Below are positions 1-9,921 of a stretch of DNA of 24,000 bases, in pieces (the first letter of the stretch is position 1; each line of letters opens with the position of its first letter). The stretch is from contig CATMHQ010000002.1 of NCBI GenBank assembly GCA_950068325.1, positions 21,142-45,141 on the forward strand, written 5' to 3'. The position numbers and the translations under genes are program-made. The notes beneath the pieces were generated by a model, which was given only the letters and a program-made list of their open reading frames with translations, did no database searches and was not told the origin of the DNA. The DNA is from an uncultured Fidelibacterota bacterium (lineage in GTDB: Bacteria; Fidelibacterota; Marinisomatia; Marinisomatales; UBA1611).

Positions 1-762
1 TTTCATTCGTCGAATTACAGGTCCTGTTTCAGGTGTTTTTACAATTGCAATTTTATGATCTCTCGAGAGTGATTCCGCTAATTCCACCCATTTTTTTTCT
101 GGCCACGATCTTTTTGGATCAGTTCCCCCAGCGTGAAATACGATAAAGCCTTGATCGTGGTAAATAGATTTTTTTTCATCCATCATTTTGGAATCACATC
201 CAAGATGGGATATTAATTGCAAGGATCGTTCTGTTTGATGGACACCGGCAGGGAATGGTTTTGGATGCGTATAAAAAAAAGATCCACCTGTATCAGTATA
301 ACCGAGACTCATTTTGGGCTGGACGTGCCAAAGAAACCAACTATTACGCAGGTCTCCCTTGAAATCAATCGCAATATCGATATTTTGTTTTCTAAAATTC
401 CTTGCTATGGATCGAACCTTCAGCCATTTAAAAAGGGACCAGTCCCAGTTCGTCCATGGAATTTCAATGCCTATTACTTCATCGGCTAATTCCAGATCGC
501 GAGCTAAAATTTCAGCATCTTGACAACACAATAATGTTAAATGTGCCTGGGGATATCTTATTTTTAAGGATCTCAATACGGGGGCGATGAGTAAAACATC
601 GCCAATACGGTGATATTGACAAATGAGAATTGCATTTATGTTTTCATCATTGAGTGAGTATGATTTTCTATACAAATTACAAAAGAAGTAAAAAGGCCAA
701 ATCAGGGTGCTAATGATACGCGACCAAAAAATAAAATATGGATTATAAACTTGTCCATTCAT
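1..762 (-). CDS. Glycosyltransferase family 9 (ADP-heptose:LPS heptosyltransferase-like), N-terminal 254 codons; gene continues past the left edge
   Basis: This gene is absent from the ORF track because no stop codon lies in the window. My own minus-strand translation from ATG 762-760 stays open to base 1: MNGQVYNPYFIFW...ILICQYHRIGDVLLIAPVLRSLKIRYPQAHLTLL...VFHAGGTDPKRSWPEKKWVELAESLSRDHKIAIV. The RIGDxLL loop and the KxWPxxxWxEL motif are GT9 hallmarks. The ATG overlaps the upstream gene's stop (ATGA at 762-759). Confidence 0.75.
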   Translation of the reverse strand, partial: MNGQVYNPYFIFWSRIISTLIWPFYFFCNLYRKSYSLNDENINAILICQYHRIGDVLLIAPVLRSLKIRYPQAHLTLLCCQDAEILARDLELADEVIGIEIPWTNWDWSLFKWLKVRSIARNFRKQNIDIAIDFKGDLRNSWFLWHVQPKMSLGYTDTGGSFFYTHPKPFPAGVHQTERSLQLISHLGCDSKMMDEKKSIYHDQGFIVFHAGGTDPKRSWPEKKWVELAESLSRDHKIAIVKTPETGPVIRRMK

Positions 763-1847
763 ACGGGTAGTTCCATATTTTTATAATATTGATATAATTT
801 TTCCGACACGTGTGTTATATCATGGTTTTTTACCACCCAATTTCTTGCATCTATTCCTTTTGCTTCAATTTTTTGTCTGTCTTGAGATAAATCTCTTAAA
901 ATAGATTCAAAATTATTCTGATTCACATTCACAAATGGGTGATCTAGTATAAATGAATTGTATTTATCATTGATTTCTGTCAAAGTACAAATTCCCATGG
1001 ATAATGATTCCACAGAATTCATACCATAGCCCCAACCTCCTTTATCCCCAATTTGATCAATGAAAATATCAGATTTTGCTTTTCGTTCCAGTGCTGTAAC
1101 GTGTGGCAAGTTTTCAATTAAATCAAAATCAACTATTCCTTCCAATACCAATTTTTCGCAGACAGAAATAATTTTATCAGACCCTTTGTAAAATCGGTTT
1201 GTGGGTGCATGAGCTACACGAATTTTTTCATTAAGTGAGACTGACGGAGAAAATTGAAATGTATCAAAAGGTAAAAAAAGGTATTCAATCTTTGGGTGTT
1301 TTTCCAGAAGATCCACCTCATTGGTCAAATTCAAATCAGATAAGGTATCAATAATGGGCATGACGCCCCTTGCCCGCAAATCTTCCCCATGATAATGAGC
1401 AATGATCTTTTTTCCCCGTGCATTGAGTCCCTTGACAAAGAATTCATTCTTTAAAAAATCCGATCCACTCTCAAAATGAACCACATCAAAATCATATAAC
1501 TGGTAATCCTGGATGGCTTGTTCCACAATCGGGCGCCACAACCAATCCTTCAATTTGAAAAATAGTACATCAAACCACCCTTCGGACCGCCAAACCGGGG
1601 GGTAACCTTCTTTCTCTTTAAAGTACCCTTCTTCTCCCCTGTATTGTTTATAGATAAAATTTCGAAGTGCAGCCATTCTTTTCCCTGTAAAATTAAAAGG
1701 CAGGTCTAAGCAAATATCTTCTTCAAAATTCTTGGGTGACCTAAAAAAGGTTACGGTCCGACAATCATTTCCTCGAGATTCATGTTCCTTTTTCCACAAA
1801 GTGAGGGTTCCAACGGTGTTTTCTGGAGAAATGTATAGGATCTTCAT
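759..1847 (-). CDS. Putative GT-B fold glycosyltransferase (GT1/GT4-like, divergent)
   Basis: 362-aa ORF. The N-terminus MKILYISPEN and the C-terminal half (RVAHAPTNRFYKGSDKII...GYGMNSVESLSMGICTLT) resemble the two Rossmann halves of GT-B enzymes. It sits inside a glycosyltransferase operon, and its stop overlaps the next gene's ATG. Confidence 0.5.
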   Translation of the reverse strand: MKILYISPENTVGTLTLWKKEHESRGNDCRTVTFFRSPKNFEEDICLDLPFNFTGKRMAALRNFIYKQYRGEEGYFKEKEGYPPVWRSEGWFDVLFFKLKDWLWRPIVEQAIQDYQLYDFDVVHFESGSDFLKNEFFVKGLNARGKKIIAHYHGEDLRARGVMPIIDTLSDLNLTNEVDLLEKHPKIEYLFLPFDTFQFSPSVSLNEKIRVAHAPTNRFYKGSDKIISVCEKLVLEGIVDFDLIENLPHVTALERKAKSDIFIDQIGDKGGWGYGMNSVESLSMGICTLTEINDKYNSFILDHPFVNVNQNNFESILRDLSQDRQKIEAKGIDARNWVVKNHDITHVSEKLYQYYKNMELPV

Positions 1848-1859
1848 TACTGTTATATA

Positions 1860-2981
1860 CTATGCTGAAAATCCTAGACTTCTATAAAGGTCGAGTAAAA
1901 CGGATTCTATACATTCCCAGTGATATTGGCCTTTTATCAATTCACGATTTTGAGTTGACTGTTTTACCAACATTTCAGGATTATTTATTATCCTTAAAAT
2001 GCCATCTGCAATACTTTGTGACGACTCAGGGTCTGACCACTGTACTGAATCACGAACATGATACCGGATTGGTGGCAGATCCGAGGTAACAATCCCGCAG
2101 CCTGCGGCCATGAATTCAAATAATTTTGTGGGTGTATTATTCATCGTTAGGGGATTCTTACGGAAGGGAATAACCCCAATGGCTGCCTCATTTAAATAAT
2201 TCCACACCGCTTCATGTGGTACTTGGGGTATCCATTTTATATTGTCTGAAAGATCTTGTTTTTTGATAAGGGATAAAATTACATCTTGAAATTCCGGCGT
2301 TCGAAAGGTGCCCAAAAGTATTAAAGAAACATCCGGAATGATATTTCGAACCATTTGAATGGATTCCACCAATTCCCGAATGCCCCGTTCCGGACCCAAA
2401 TGACCGAGGTAAAGGATCGTATTGCCTCTGCGCCCATCGTTTTGATTATCCGATACGGATGTTTTGGATGGGAAACCCTGTAATATAATCGGATCAAAAC
2501 CCCTATCTTTAAAAACACATTCATTAATAATCGGGTTGATCAATACAACCCGGTCCACGCATTCCAAATGATATTGTTCTTTCATGGTTCGTATGGAGAT
2601 CAAAAAATTCCTTAAAAAGGGGTGGCGGGTGGAAAATGTTTCACCCAAAAACCGAATGTCTTCGTGAACATCGTAGATCACTTTTGAATCATACCTGAGT
2701 TTTGCTAACCGGGCCAGGGGCAGCAGGTCATATTCATGAAAATGAAAAATTGTAGGCGGTGTTTCCAGGAAGGCGTTTTTTAAAAAAGTTATATATTCCT
2801 TTATGGAAAATTCTTTCGCCGGACAATTTTTATGCCTTACCAAATCATCAGATATATCCAATTCTGAATTTGATCTTGTGAAATATTGTATTGGTTGGCC
2901 CAATTTTTTTAGAGTCAACAATTCCCGGTGGTACACACGTTCATCATCGGGGAAATGGTGGCAGGAAACGATGGTAATCAT
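1860..2981 (-). CDS. Glycosyltransferase family 4 (group 1 glycosyltransferase)
   Basis: 373 aa. The C-terminal motifs LYLGHLGPERGIRELVES and PTKLFEFMAAGCGIVTSDLPP (an EX7E-type region) are typical of GT4. There is a 4-nt overlap with the upstream flippase gene (2978-2981). Confidence 0.8.
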   Translation of the reverse strand: MITIVSCHHFPDDERVYHRELLTLKKLGQPIQYFTRSNSELDISDDLVRHKNCPAKEFSIKEYITFLKNAFLETPPTIFHFHEYDLLPLARLAKLRYDSKVIYDVHEDIRFLGETFSTRHPFLRNFLISIRTMKEQYHLECVDRVVLINPIINECVFKDRGFDPIILQGFPSKTSVSDNQNDGRRGNTILYLGHLGPERGIRELVESIQMVRNIIPDVSLILLGTFRTPEFQDVILSLIKKQDLSDNIKWIPQVPHEAVWNYLNEAAIGVIPFRKNPLTMNNTPTKLFEFMAAGCGIVTSDLPPIRYHVRDSVQWSDPESSQSIADGILRIINNPEMLVKQSTQNRELIKGQYHWECIESVLLDLYRSLGFSA

Positions 2982-4396
2982 TGCAGCAATGTTCGCACGA
3001 TCTGTTTTTCTTCAGAGTTCAAAGCCAATAAAAACCACATAGGCACATAGGCAAGGGTCAGTAGCAATCGCGGAGCAATGTTTCCGCTCACCAAAAAGGA
3101 CAACCCGATAAACATCAGTGGAAAGACCCACGCATAAATATTATAGGGTATGGGATAGGCGTTCCGAGTTCTCACCCAGATAGAAATGCTCATGCAAAGG
3201 TGAGCCAGGACCGTGGCCCAGGCAGCACCCTCCACCCCATAAATTGGAATTAGGATTATGTTGAGCACAACATTCACTATGGCGCCCACGGCACGGAAAC
3301 CTACAACCCAATTCGTTAACTCCTTTATGAATACACCTGGGAGTTGGATCACATAAGCTCCGAAAAAGAAATAGGCCAATAAAATGATTCCCACCAACTG
3401 TTGCGCCTCCCAAAATTCCGGTCCTATTAAAGTTCGTCCACCCAGCGAAATGCGCATGATTTCCGGGACCCAAATATTAAAGACGACAATAACAAAACCC
3501 AGCAACCCTAAAAATATTGTGGCCACGTGGGCAAATTCATGTCTCGCACCCGGTTGTTTCCCGCGCTTTAGGAAATAGGGTGTCCAGCCCATATTGAATC
3601 CCGTTACAACAATCAATCCCAACAAGCCCAGTTTATATCCCGCGGAATACAGTCCAACACTGGTTGTATCCGCTAGCCACATCAGGATATACCGATCGGC
3701 CAATTCCATGATCATATTTAAAATGCCCGCCGGGAAAAAGGGCAGCCCAAATTTTAAGATTACTCTTAATGTGGGCTGGTTAATGGCGCCCAAATTGATT
3801 CGTTTCAGAACAATTGGGAAAGTCAAAATAAACAACGCGCCGGAGGCACAAAGATTCGCCAAGAGAACACCTTCAACTCCCCATTGGTATTTCAGGACAA
3901 ACAGGATATTTAATCCCAGGGACAGCCCTACATTCAGGAGTCCAAATCCAATAAATGGAAATGGTTTTTCTTCCGTACGCAGGATAAGTACCGGCAAATT
4001 CCACATCGCATCCAAAAACAGAATTCCGGCTAACAGGGCCACCCAGTGCGGCTCATCCACACCTAAAAGTGAGACAGAAATAGTTTCCCGCAGTGCATAT
4101 AAAATCCCTGAGATTATGAGGCTGGAGCCCATCTGAAGCGTAATGAGAGTTGAAATGTAACTCGTACGGTCAGCACCCGATTTCTGAATGGCAAATTTCA
4201 TCAATGCCGTATCCATGCCATAGCGGTACAAGATCAGAGTTATGCCCATGAAAGCGTAAGCCAGAGAAATGACCCCATATTCTTCTTGGGAAAAGACGTG
4301 GGTATATAATGGGAGTAATAGAAAGGTGACGAGCCGGGCAAGAATGTGCCCCACACCATAGACTAAGGATTGTTTGCCAAGTTCCTTAATGGACAT
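2978..4396 (-). CDS. Wzx-like oligosaccharide/polysaccharide flippase (MOP superfamily)
   Basis: 472 aa and highly hydrophobic, with about 12 or more predicted TM stretches. The N-terminus (KQSLVYGVGHILARLVTFLLLPLYTHVFSQEEYGV) is typical of polysaccharide biosynthesis (PST/Wzx) proteins. It lies in a GT operon. Confidence 0.8.
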   Translation of the reverse strand: MSIKELGKQSLVYGVGHILARLVTFLLLPLYTHVFSQEEYGVISLAYAFMGITLILYRYGMDTALMKFAIQKSGADRTSYISTLITLQMGSSLIISGILYALRETISVSLLGVDEPHWVALLAGILFLDAMWNLPVLILRTEEKPFPFIGFGLLNVGLSLGLNILFVLKYQWGVEGVLLANLCASGALFILTFPIVLKRINLGAINQPTLRVILKFGLPFFPAGILNMIMELADRYILMWLADTTSVGLYSAGYKLGLLGLIVVTGFNMGWTPYFLKRGKQPGARHEFAHVATIFLGLLGFVIVVFNIWVPEIMRISLGGRTLIGPEFWEAQQLVGIILLAYFFFGAYVIQLPGVFIKELTNWVVGFRAVGAIVNVVLNIILIPIYGVEGAAWATVLAHLCMSISIWVRTRNAYPIPYNIYAWVFPLMFIGLSFLVSGNIAPRLLLTLAYVPMWFLLALNSEEKQIVRTLLQ

Positions 4397-4399
4397 AGA

Positions 4400-5368
4400 T
4401 CATTTCAATTTCAGTTCAATTGTATCCCGGAAAACACCGCTGGCACCGAAATTTTCCTTGAATCGCCCTAAGCCCATATTAGGCTCTTCATTCACGGTGA
4501 AGGTTCCAAAATCGTAGATCTTAAAGCCCTGCTGAATGGCCCAATCAAAAATAGAATAGAATAAAAGATTCACAGCACGATATTCCTGAAATGCTTCATC
4601 ATGACTAATATAAAACGCCAGCACAACATGCTCGTTAACGATAAAATTCACAACACCAGCCACCATCTTTCCATCCACGAATGCAACAACCAGATTTACC
4701 TTATCCGGGAACCTGGCGTGGATATCCTTCAATTCTTCCAATGTATGGGTTGGCGTTACGCCGTGACGAATATTCAGGTTCTGTTCCAATATGCGATAGA
4801 AGGAATCAAAGTCATTGGACTGCCGAACCACAACGCCTTTATCTTGTGCATTTCTCACAGCACGACGGTGAGAAGATCGGAATTTTGCAAGATTTTTTTC
4901 CAATGAATCTTCTAAAAACAGGATACTGGTAACATCTCGTTTCGCATAAGTAAACCCCTGTTTGAAAAATGCAAAATCCATATAATTGGACAGTCGGCTT
5001 TGGTATAATGTTGGAGGGACAGTAATCCGGATACCCGCGAAGTCATTTTCTCTTGCGTAATCGACCAATGCTTCTGACATGGACATGGCATCGGCGATGG
5101 AAAGGTTTTCCGGGACAACAAATGATCCAACAGTAGAACCGGGATGGGAGACTAAAAACCGTTTGTTATCCAAATCCTGTTCGGCAGCCGGGAACACGGA
5201 AAACAGGTTTTCTTTCTTTTCAATGAGGATGCTGTGGTCCTTAAATCTGCCTTCCGGATGATAATTCAGGAATTCACGCAAATGAAATAGTGTCCCGTTA
5301 TTTCCTGTGGGAACAAATTGATCCCATTGTGATTCATTATCTTTAGTATATTGCTTGAATTTGAACAT
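4400..5368 (-). CDS. FemAB-like / GNAT-fold acyl(aminoacyl)transferase (Acetyltransf_6-type)
   Basis: 322 aa. The pattern matches the FemAB-related GNAT proteins found in exopolysaccharide loci: an N-terminal W..F....N.T.FH segment, FRSSHRRAVRNAQDKGVVV, and AFYISHDEAFQEYRAVNLLFYSIFDWAIQQGFKIYDFG. It is the first gene of the minus-strand operon. Confidence 0.6.
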   Translation of the reverse strand: MFKFKQYTKDNESQWDQFVPTGNNGTLFHLREFLNYHPEGRFKDHSILIEKKENLFSVFPAAEQDLDNKRFLVSHPGSTVGSFVVPENLSIADAMSMSEALVDYARENDFAGIRITVPPTLYQSRLSNYMDFAFFKQGFTYAKRDVTSILFLEDSLEKNLAKFRSSHRRAVRNAQDKGVVVRQSNDFDSFYRILEQNLNIRHGVTPTHTLEELKDIHARFPDKVNLVVAFVDGKMVAGVVNFIVNEHVVLAFYISHDEAFQEYRAVNLLFYSIFDWAIQQGFKIYDFGTFTVNEEPNMGLGRFKENFGASGVFRDTIELKLK

Positions 5369-5422
5369 GAAGCCAGATTATATGGAGAAACTCTGTGGGT
5401 TGTTCCGCGCTAATAAATTTGA

Positions 5423-7143
<1,721 letters not shown>

Positions 7144-7146
7144 GGA

Positions 7147-7881
7147 TTATACATTTATTTCTATTTCGGATATCATCTTCTTTTTCAGGAAAGCATCTAA
7201 ATAAATTTCTACCCGACGGTTCACGGCCCGTGCTTTTTCCTTTTCCGCAATATTGGAAATTGATTTCACATCAATAATAGGACGGAACTCCCCATATCCC
7301 ATGGCAGAAAAATATTTCTCAGGCATGGCTGCATATTTACATATGAACCGCACCAGGTTGAGTGATCGTGCAGCAGATAATTCCCAATTACTGGGATAAT
7401 CAGCATTGGGGGGTAACTTTTCATCATCGGTATGGCCCTCGCACCGCACTTCCACATTCAATTGAGATCCCTGCTTGTGAATCATATCCAGTAAATTGGT
7501 ATAACTTTCATCATCAAATATATTGATGACTTCTGACTCCCGAATGATCCTGCCTATTTGATGGATTACAGGGTAATACTCCGGTTCCACATCGGCAGAA
7601 GTGGATTTAAACAAATTCCCGCGAATAGTGATCTTGATCCCTTTTGTGACTCTATCCACAGATATATTCTCAGAACTCAAGTTTTGATTCATTTTTGCAT
7701 AGGTTTTATCCAACAGCTTATTGATGACAGCATCAACATGCTTTTCAGCATCATTCAGGATCACCAGTAATAATACAAAAAAGGTCAGAAGCAGGGTGAC
7801 CATATCGGCGAACGTGAGCGCCCAGGCCGTTGCCTTGGCTTTGCGTTCATCCATGTTGACGGGACGACGAAAGTGCGGCAT
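7147..7881 (-). CDS. motB: MotB-type stator protein (OmpA-like peptidoglycan-binding C-terminus)
   Basis: The N-terminal TM carries the proton-channel Asp (WALTFADMVTLLLTFFVLLL). The C-terminus has OmpA-like motifs: GHTDD, SNWELSAARSLNLVRF, GYGEFRPI, NRRVEI. The gene lies 4 nt downstream of motA. Confidence 0.85.
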   Translation of the reverse strand: MPHFRRPVNMDERKAKATAWALTFADMVTLLLTFFVLLLVILNDAEKHVDAVINKLLDKTYAKMNQNLSSENISVDRVTKGIKITIRGNLFKSTSADVEPEYYPVIHQIGRIIRESEVINIFDDESYTNLLDMIHKQGSQLNVEVRCEGHTDDEKLPPNADYPSNWELSAARSLNLVRFICKYAAMPEKYFSAMGYGEFRPIIDVKSISNIAEKEKARAVNRRVEIYLDAFLKKKMISEIEINV

Positions 7882-7885
7882 CTAT

Positions 7886-8809
7886 TTATTCGATATTGTC
7901 GTTTTCTTCCTTTCGTTCTTCCATCTTTTCTTTGATGGTTGACAAGGAAGATTTGGGGTTACTTTTGGTCACGATTTTTTCCGGTTGATAGCGCACAAAA
8001 GATGGCACAAAGGTCATTAATTTTTCTTTGATCAAAATAGGATGTTCCCGGGCGTGGATACTAATGATGCCTTCAACCACAATACTTTTAAGCATCATTT
8101 CATTTTCGGATCTGCGTTTCAATTTTCCACCGATGGGCAGAAAAATCATATTCGCCATGAAGACACCATAAAAGGTGGTAATCAGTGCAAGTCCCATTCC
8201 CGATAGAAGTTCGGCAAATCTGTCTGCAATGTCATAAGATGCGGATATTTCAGAACTGATGTCTCCGCCGGCGAAATTATTCATCATCACAATAAGACCC
8301 AGAACCGTGCCCAGCATCCCAAATGCCGGTGCGTAAGAGCCCATGTATAAAAACAATTCCTGACCGGCAATATGACGGCTGGCAATATTATTCATTTCAA
8401 GATTCAGAAACGTACGGAGCCGGGATGATTCACGTTCATTGATTGCCAATTCGATGCCATTCTTGAAAAAGCCTTCCCGCATATTCGGCAGATCTGCTTC
8501 AAGGGATAACAATCCGTCCGTGCGCGCCTTTTGCGCTTTTTCCACGATCTCGTTAATGATGCCTACATAGTCGTAGTCTTCCCCTTTAAAGACATTTTTT
8601 AGGATATTAAATACGTTCTTAACCGCATTCAAGGGGAGATTCACCATCGTTGCAGCAAACGTGCCGCCAACAACAATGAGAAGAGAATTGAAATTAAAGA
8701 ACCAAAATAATTTACCACCGCTTTGCAAAATGCCGATGACGATGATGGTCATGCCTGCTAGCAAACCGATCAAGGTTCCCAAGTCTGTTGTACCTTTATT
8801 ACTGTCCAT
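7886..8809 (-). CDS. motA: MotA/PomA-type stator protein (MotA/TolQ/ExbB proton channel family)
   Basis: 307 aa with four TM segments. The conserved TM3-TM4 region reads YAPAFGMLGTVLGLI...GLALITTFYGVFMANMIFLPIGGKL. It lies directly upstream of motB. Confidence 0.85.
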   Translation of the reverse strand: MDSNKGTTDLGTLIGLLAGMTIIVIGILQSGGKLFWFFNFNSLLIVVGGTFAATMVNLPLNAVKNVFNILKNVFKGEDYDYVGIINEIVEKAQKARTDGLLSLEADLPNMREGFFKNGIELAINERESSRLRTFLNLEMNNIASRHIAGQELFLYMGSYAPAFGMLGTVLGLIVMMNNFAGGDISSEISASYDIADRFAELLSGMGLALITTFYGVFMANMIFLPIGGKLKRRSENEMMLKSIVVEGIISIHAREHPILIKEKLMTFVPSFVRYQPEKIVTKSNPKSSLSTIKEKMEERKEENDNIE

Positions 8810-9093
8810 ATTTTATTAATAAAAACCGTTGTGCATAGTAATTGGAATCGAATGATTTTTTCTAAATTTATTCAAGTTGTTATTATTTTGGACCGCATCA
8901 ACGGTGTTGATGCATGAATTGACACTTGTGCTGAGCGTTGTCGAAGTACAGTCAATCCATTCCATAGTGTGTGATTGGTAAATATAATGTGTGTTTTCAT
9001 CATTTATTTTGCACAAAAAGTCTAATATTCACAACGGGTTAATATAAGATTAATTGTGTCTCGGTAAAGTTAAGACTTTAGCAAATAGGTGAA

Positions 9094-9921
9094 TCAATCT
9101 TTTTTCTTGGTACGGGAAAGGGATTGGCTCCCTTTATACAATCTATCGTGTTCTGCTTCGCTTAAGCTGTCAAATCCTTCGCGATTGATCTTGTCCAGGA
9201 TGCGATCAATATCCCGTTCGATTGCCTGCTGATGAGATATCTTCTTTTCTTCCTGCTGAATTTTGTACTCTAGGGTCCTCTTGCGGATGGAAAACCAGAG
9301 ATCATGCCAGCGGATGGGGCGTTTCAGCATCAAATAACCAATGACCATACCGGAAAGATGGGTGAGATGACTGATCTGCGATACATTATCAAAAGATGAC
9401 ATAAATGCGATCACACCGATCCCGATCACAAACAAAAGTGATTTGATAGGAATGATACCATAGAGATAAACGGTCCTGTTCGGGTAAGTGAGTCCATAGG
9501 CGAGAAGGATACCATAGACAGCTCCACTGGCGCCCACGATCGGGGTCATGGAGTTGAGTCCAAATAGCATGGTCACAAGTCCTGCGCCTACACCGGTACA
9601 AAAATAAAATTTCAGGAAATGTTCTTTACCCCAGATTCGTTCCAATTCACTACCGAACATCCACAGGACAAACATATTGATAAGTACATGCCATACACCC
9701 CCATGGAAAAAAAGATAAGTGAATGGCTGCCAAAGCATGAATTCTGACCAGACCAGTTTTGGTACAAGTCCAAACAGGGGGAAGAATAGGCTCTCTGTCT
9801 TGGCGATAGTTTGAAGTAAAAAGATTCCGAAATTCACAGAAACCAATATTTTGATGGCGTCTGTGAACAGGGCCGGTTTATAGGAAAACTGCCCAGGATC
9901 TGATTGAAATTGAAATCTCAT
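9094..9921 (-). CDS. Rhomboid family intramembrane serine protease
   Basis: It has the WR-less rhomboid core with HVLINMFVLWMFG (HxxxN), the catalytic GASGAVYGILLAY (GxSG), and a downstream TM His (HLTHLSGMVIG). The charged cytoplasmic C-terminal tail reads DRILDKINREGFDSLSEAEHDRL. Confidence 0.9.
   Translation of the reverse strand: MRFQFQSDPGQFSYKPALFTDAIKILVSVNFGIFLLQTIAKTESLFFPLFGLVPKLVWSEFMLWQPFTYLFFHGGVWHVLINMFVLWMFGSELERIWGKEHFLKFYFCTGVGAGLVTMLFGLNSMTPIVGASGAVYGILLAYGLTYPNRTVYLYGIIPIKSLLFVIGIGVIAFMSSFDNVSQISHLTHLSGMVIGYLMLKRPIRWHDLWFSIRKRTLEYKIQQEEKKISHQQAIERDIDRILDKINREGFDSLSEAEHDRLYKGSQSLSRTKKKD

Noticed and set aside
91-282. Three 8-nt A/T homopolymers inside the GT9 gene (T8 at 91-98, T8 at 169-176, A8 at 273-280) as phase-variation tracts
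   Set aside because: They encode Lys-Lys or Phe-Phe in an AT-rich gene, and 8 nt of A/T is below the lengths usually associated with slipped-strand switching. This would need read-level length heterogeneity to revisit.
408-425. GGATCGAACC (the reverse complement resembles a tRNA T-arm, GGTTCGATCC)
   Set aside because: It lies in-frame within the GT9 coding sequence (KVRSIA), and no acceptor or anticodon arms can be built around it. I recognised no tRNA anywhere in the window.
217-523. Two small plus-strand ORFs (90 and 69 aa) at the left edge
   Set aside because: They lie antisense to a continuous 254-codon minus-strand reading frame with clear GT9 heptosyltransferase motifs, and that frame explains the region.
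3594-4136. 180-aa plus-strand ORF, plus other antisense or out-of-frame ORFs of 60-137 aa (for example 3141..3473, 6355..6696, 12293..12619, 15328..15687, 17177..17809, 19656..20069, 21692..22090)
   Set aside because: All of them lie entirely inside well-supported genes, on the opposite strand or in another frame. Their translations are R/P/S/N-rich, low-complexity sequence with no recognisable motifs. These are shadow ORFs.
7147-8809. motAB as a Zorya-type (ZorAB) anti-phage module
   Set aside because: MotA here is of normal stator length (307 aa) without the long ZorA C-terminal tail. No ZorC/ZorD-like (or ZorE) genes are adjacent.
8816-9016. 66-aa minus-strand ORF in the motA upstream spacer, and a 7-bp palindrome GCATCAA-CGGTG-TTGATGC at 8895-8913
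   Set aside because: The ORF has no RBS, is Asn/Thr/Cys-rich and has no motif, so the region is more likely the motAB promoter or leader. The palindrome has no U-tract on either strand and is too short to interpret.
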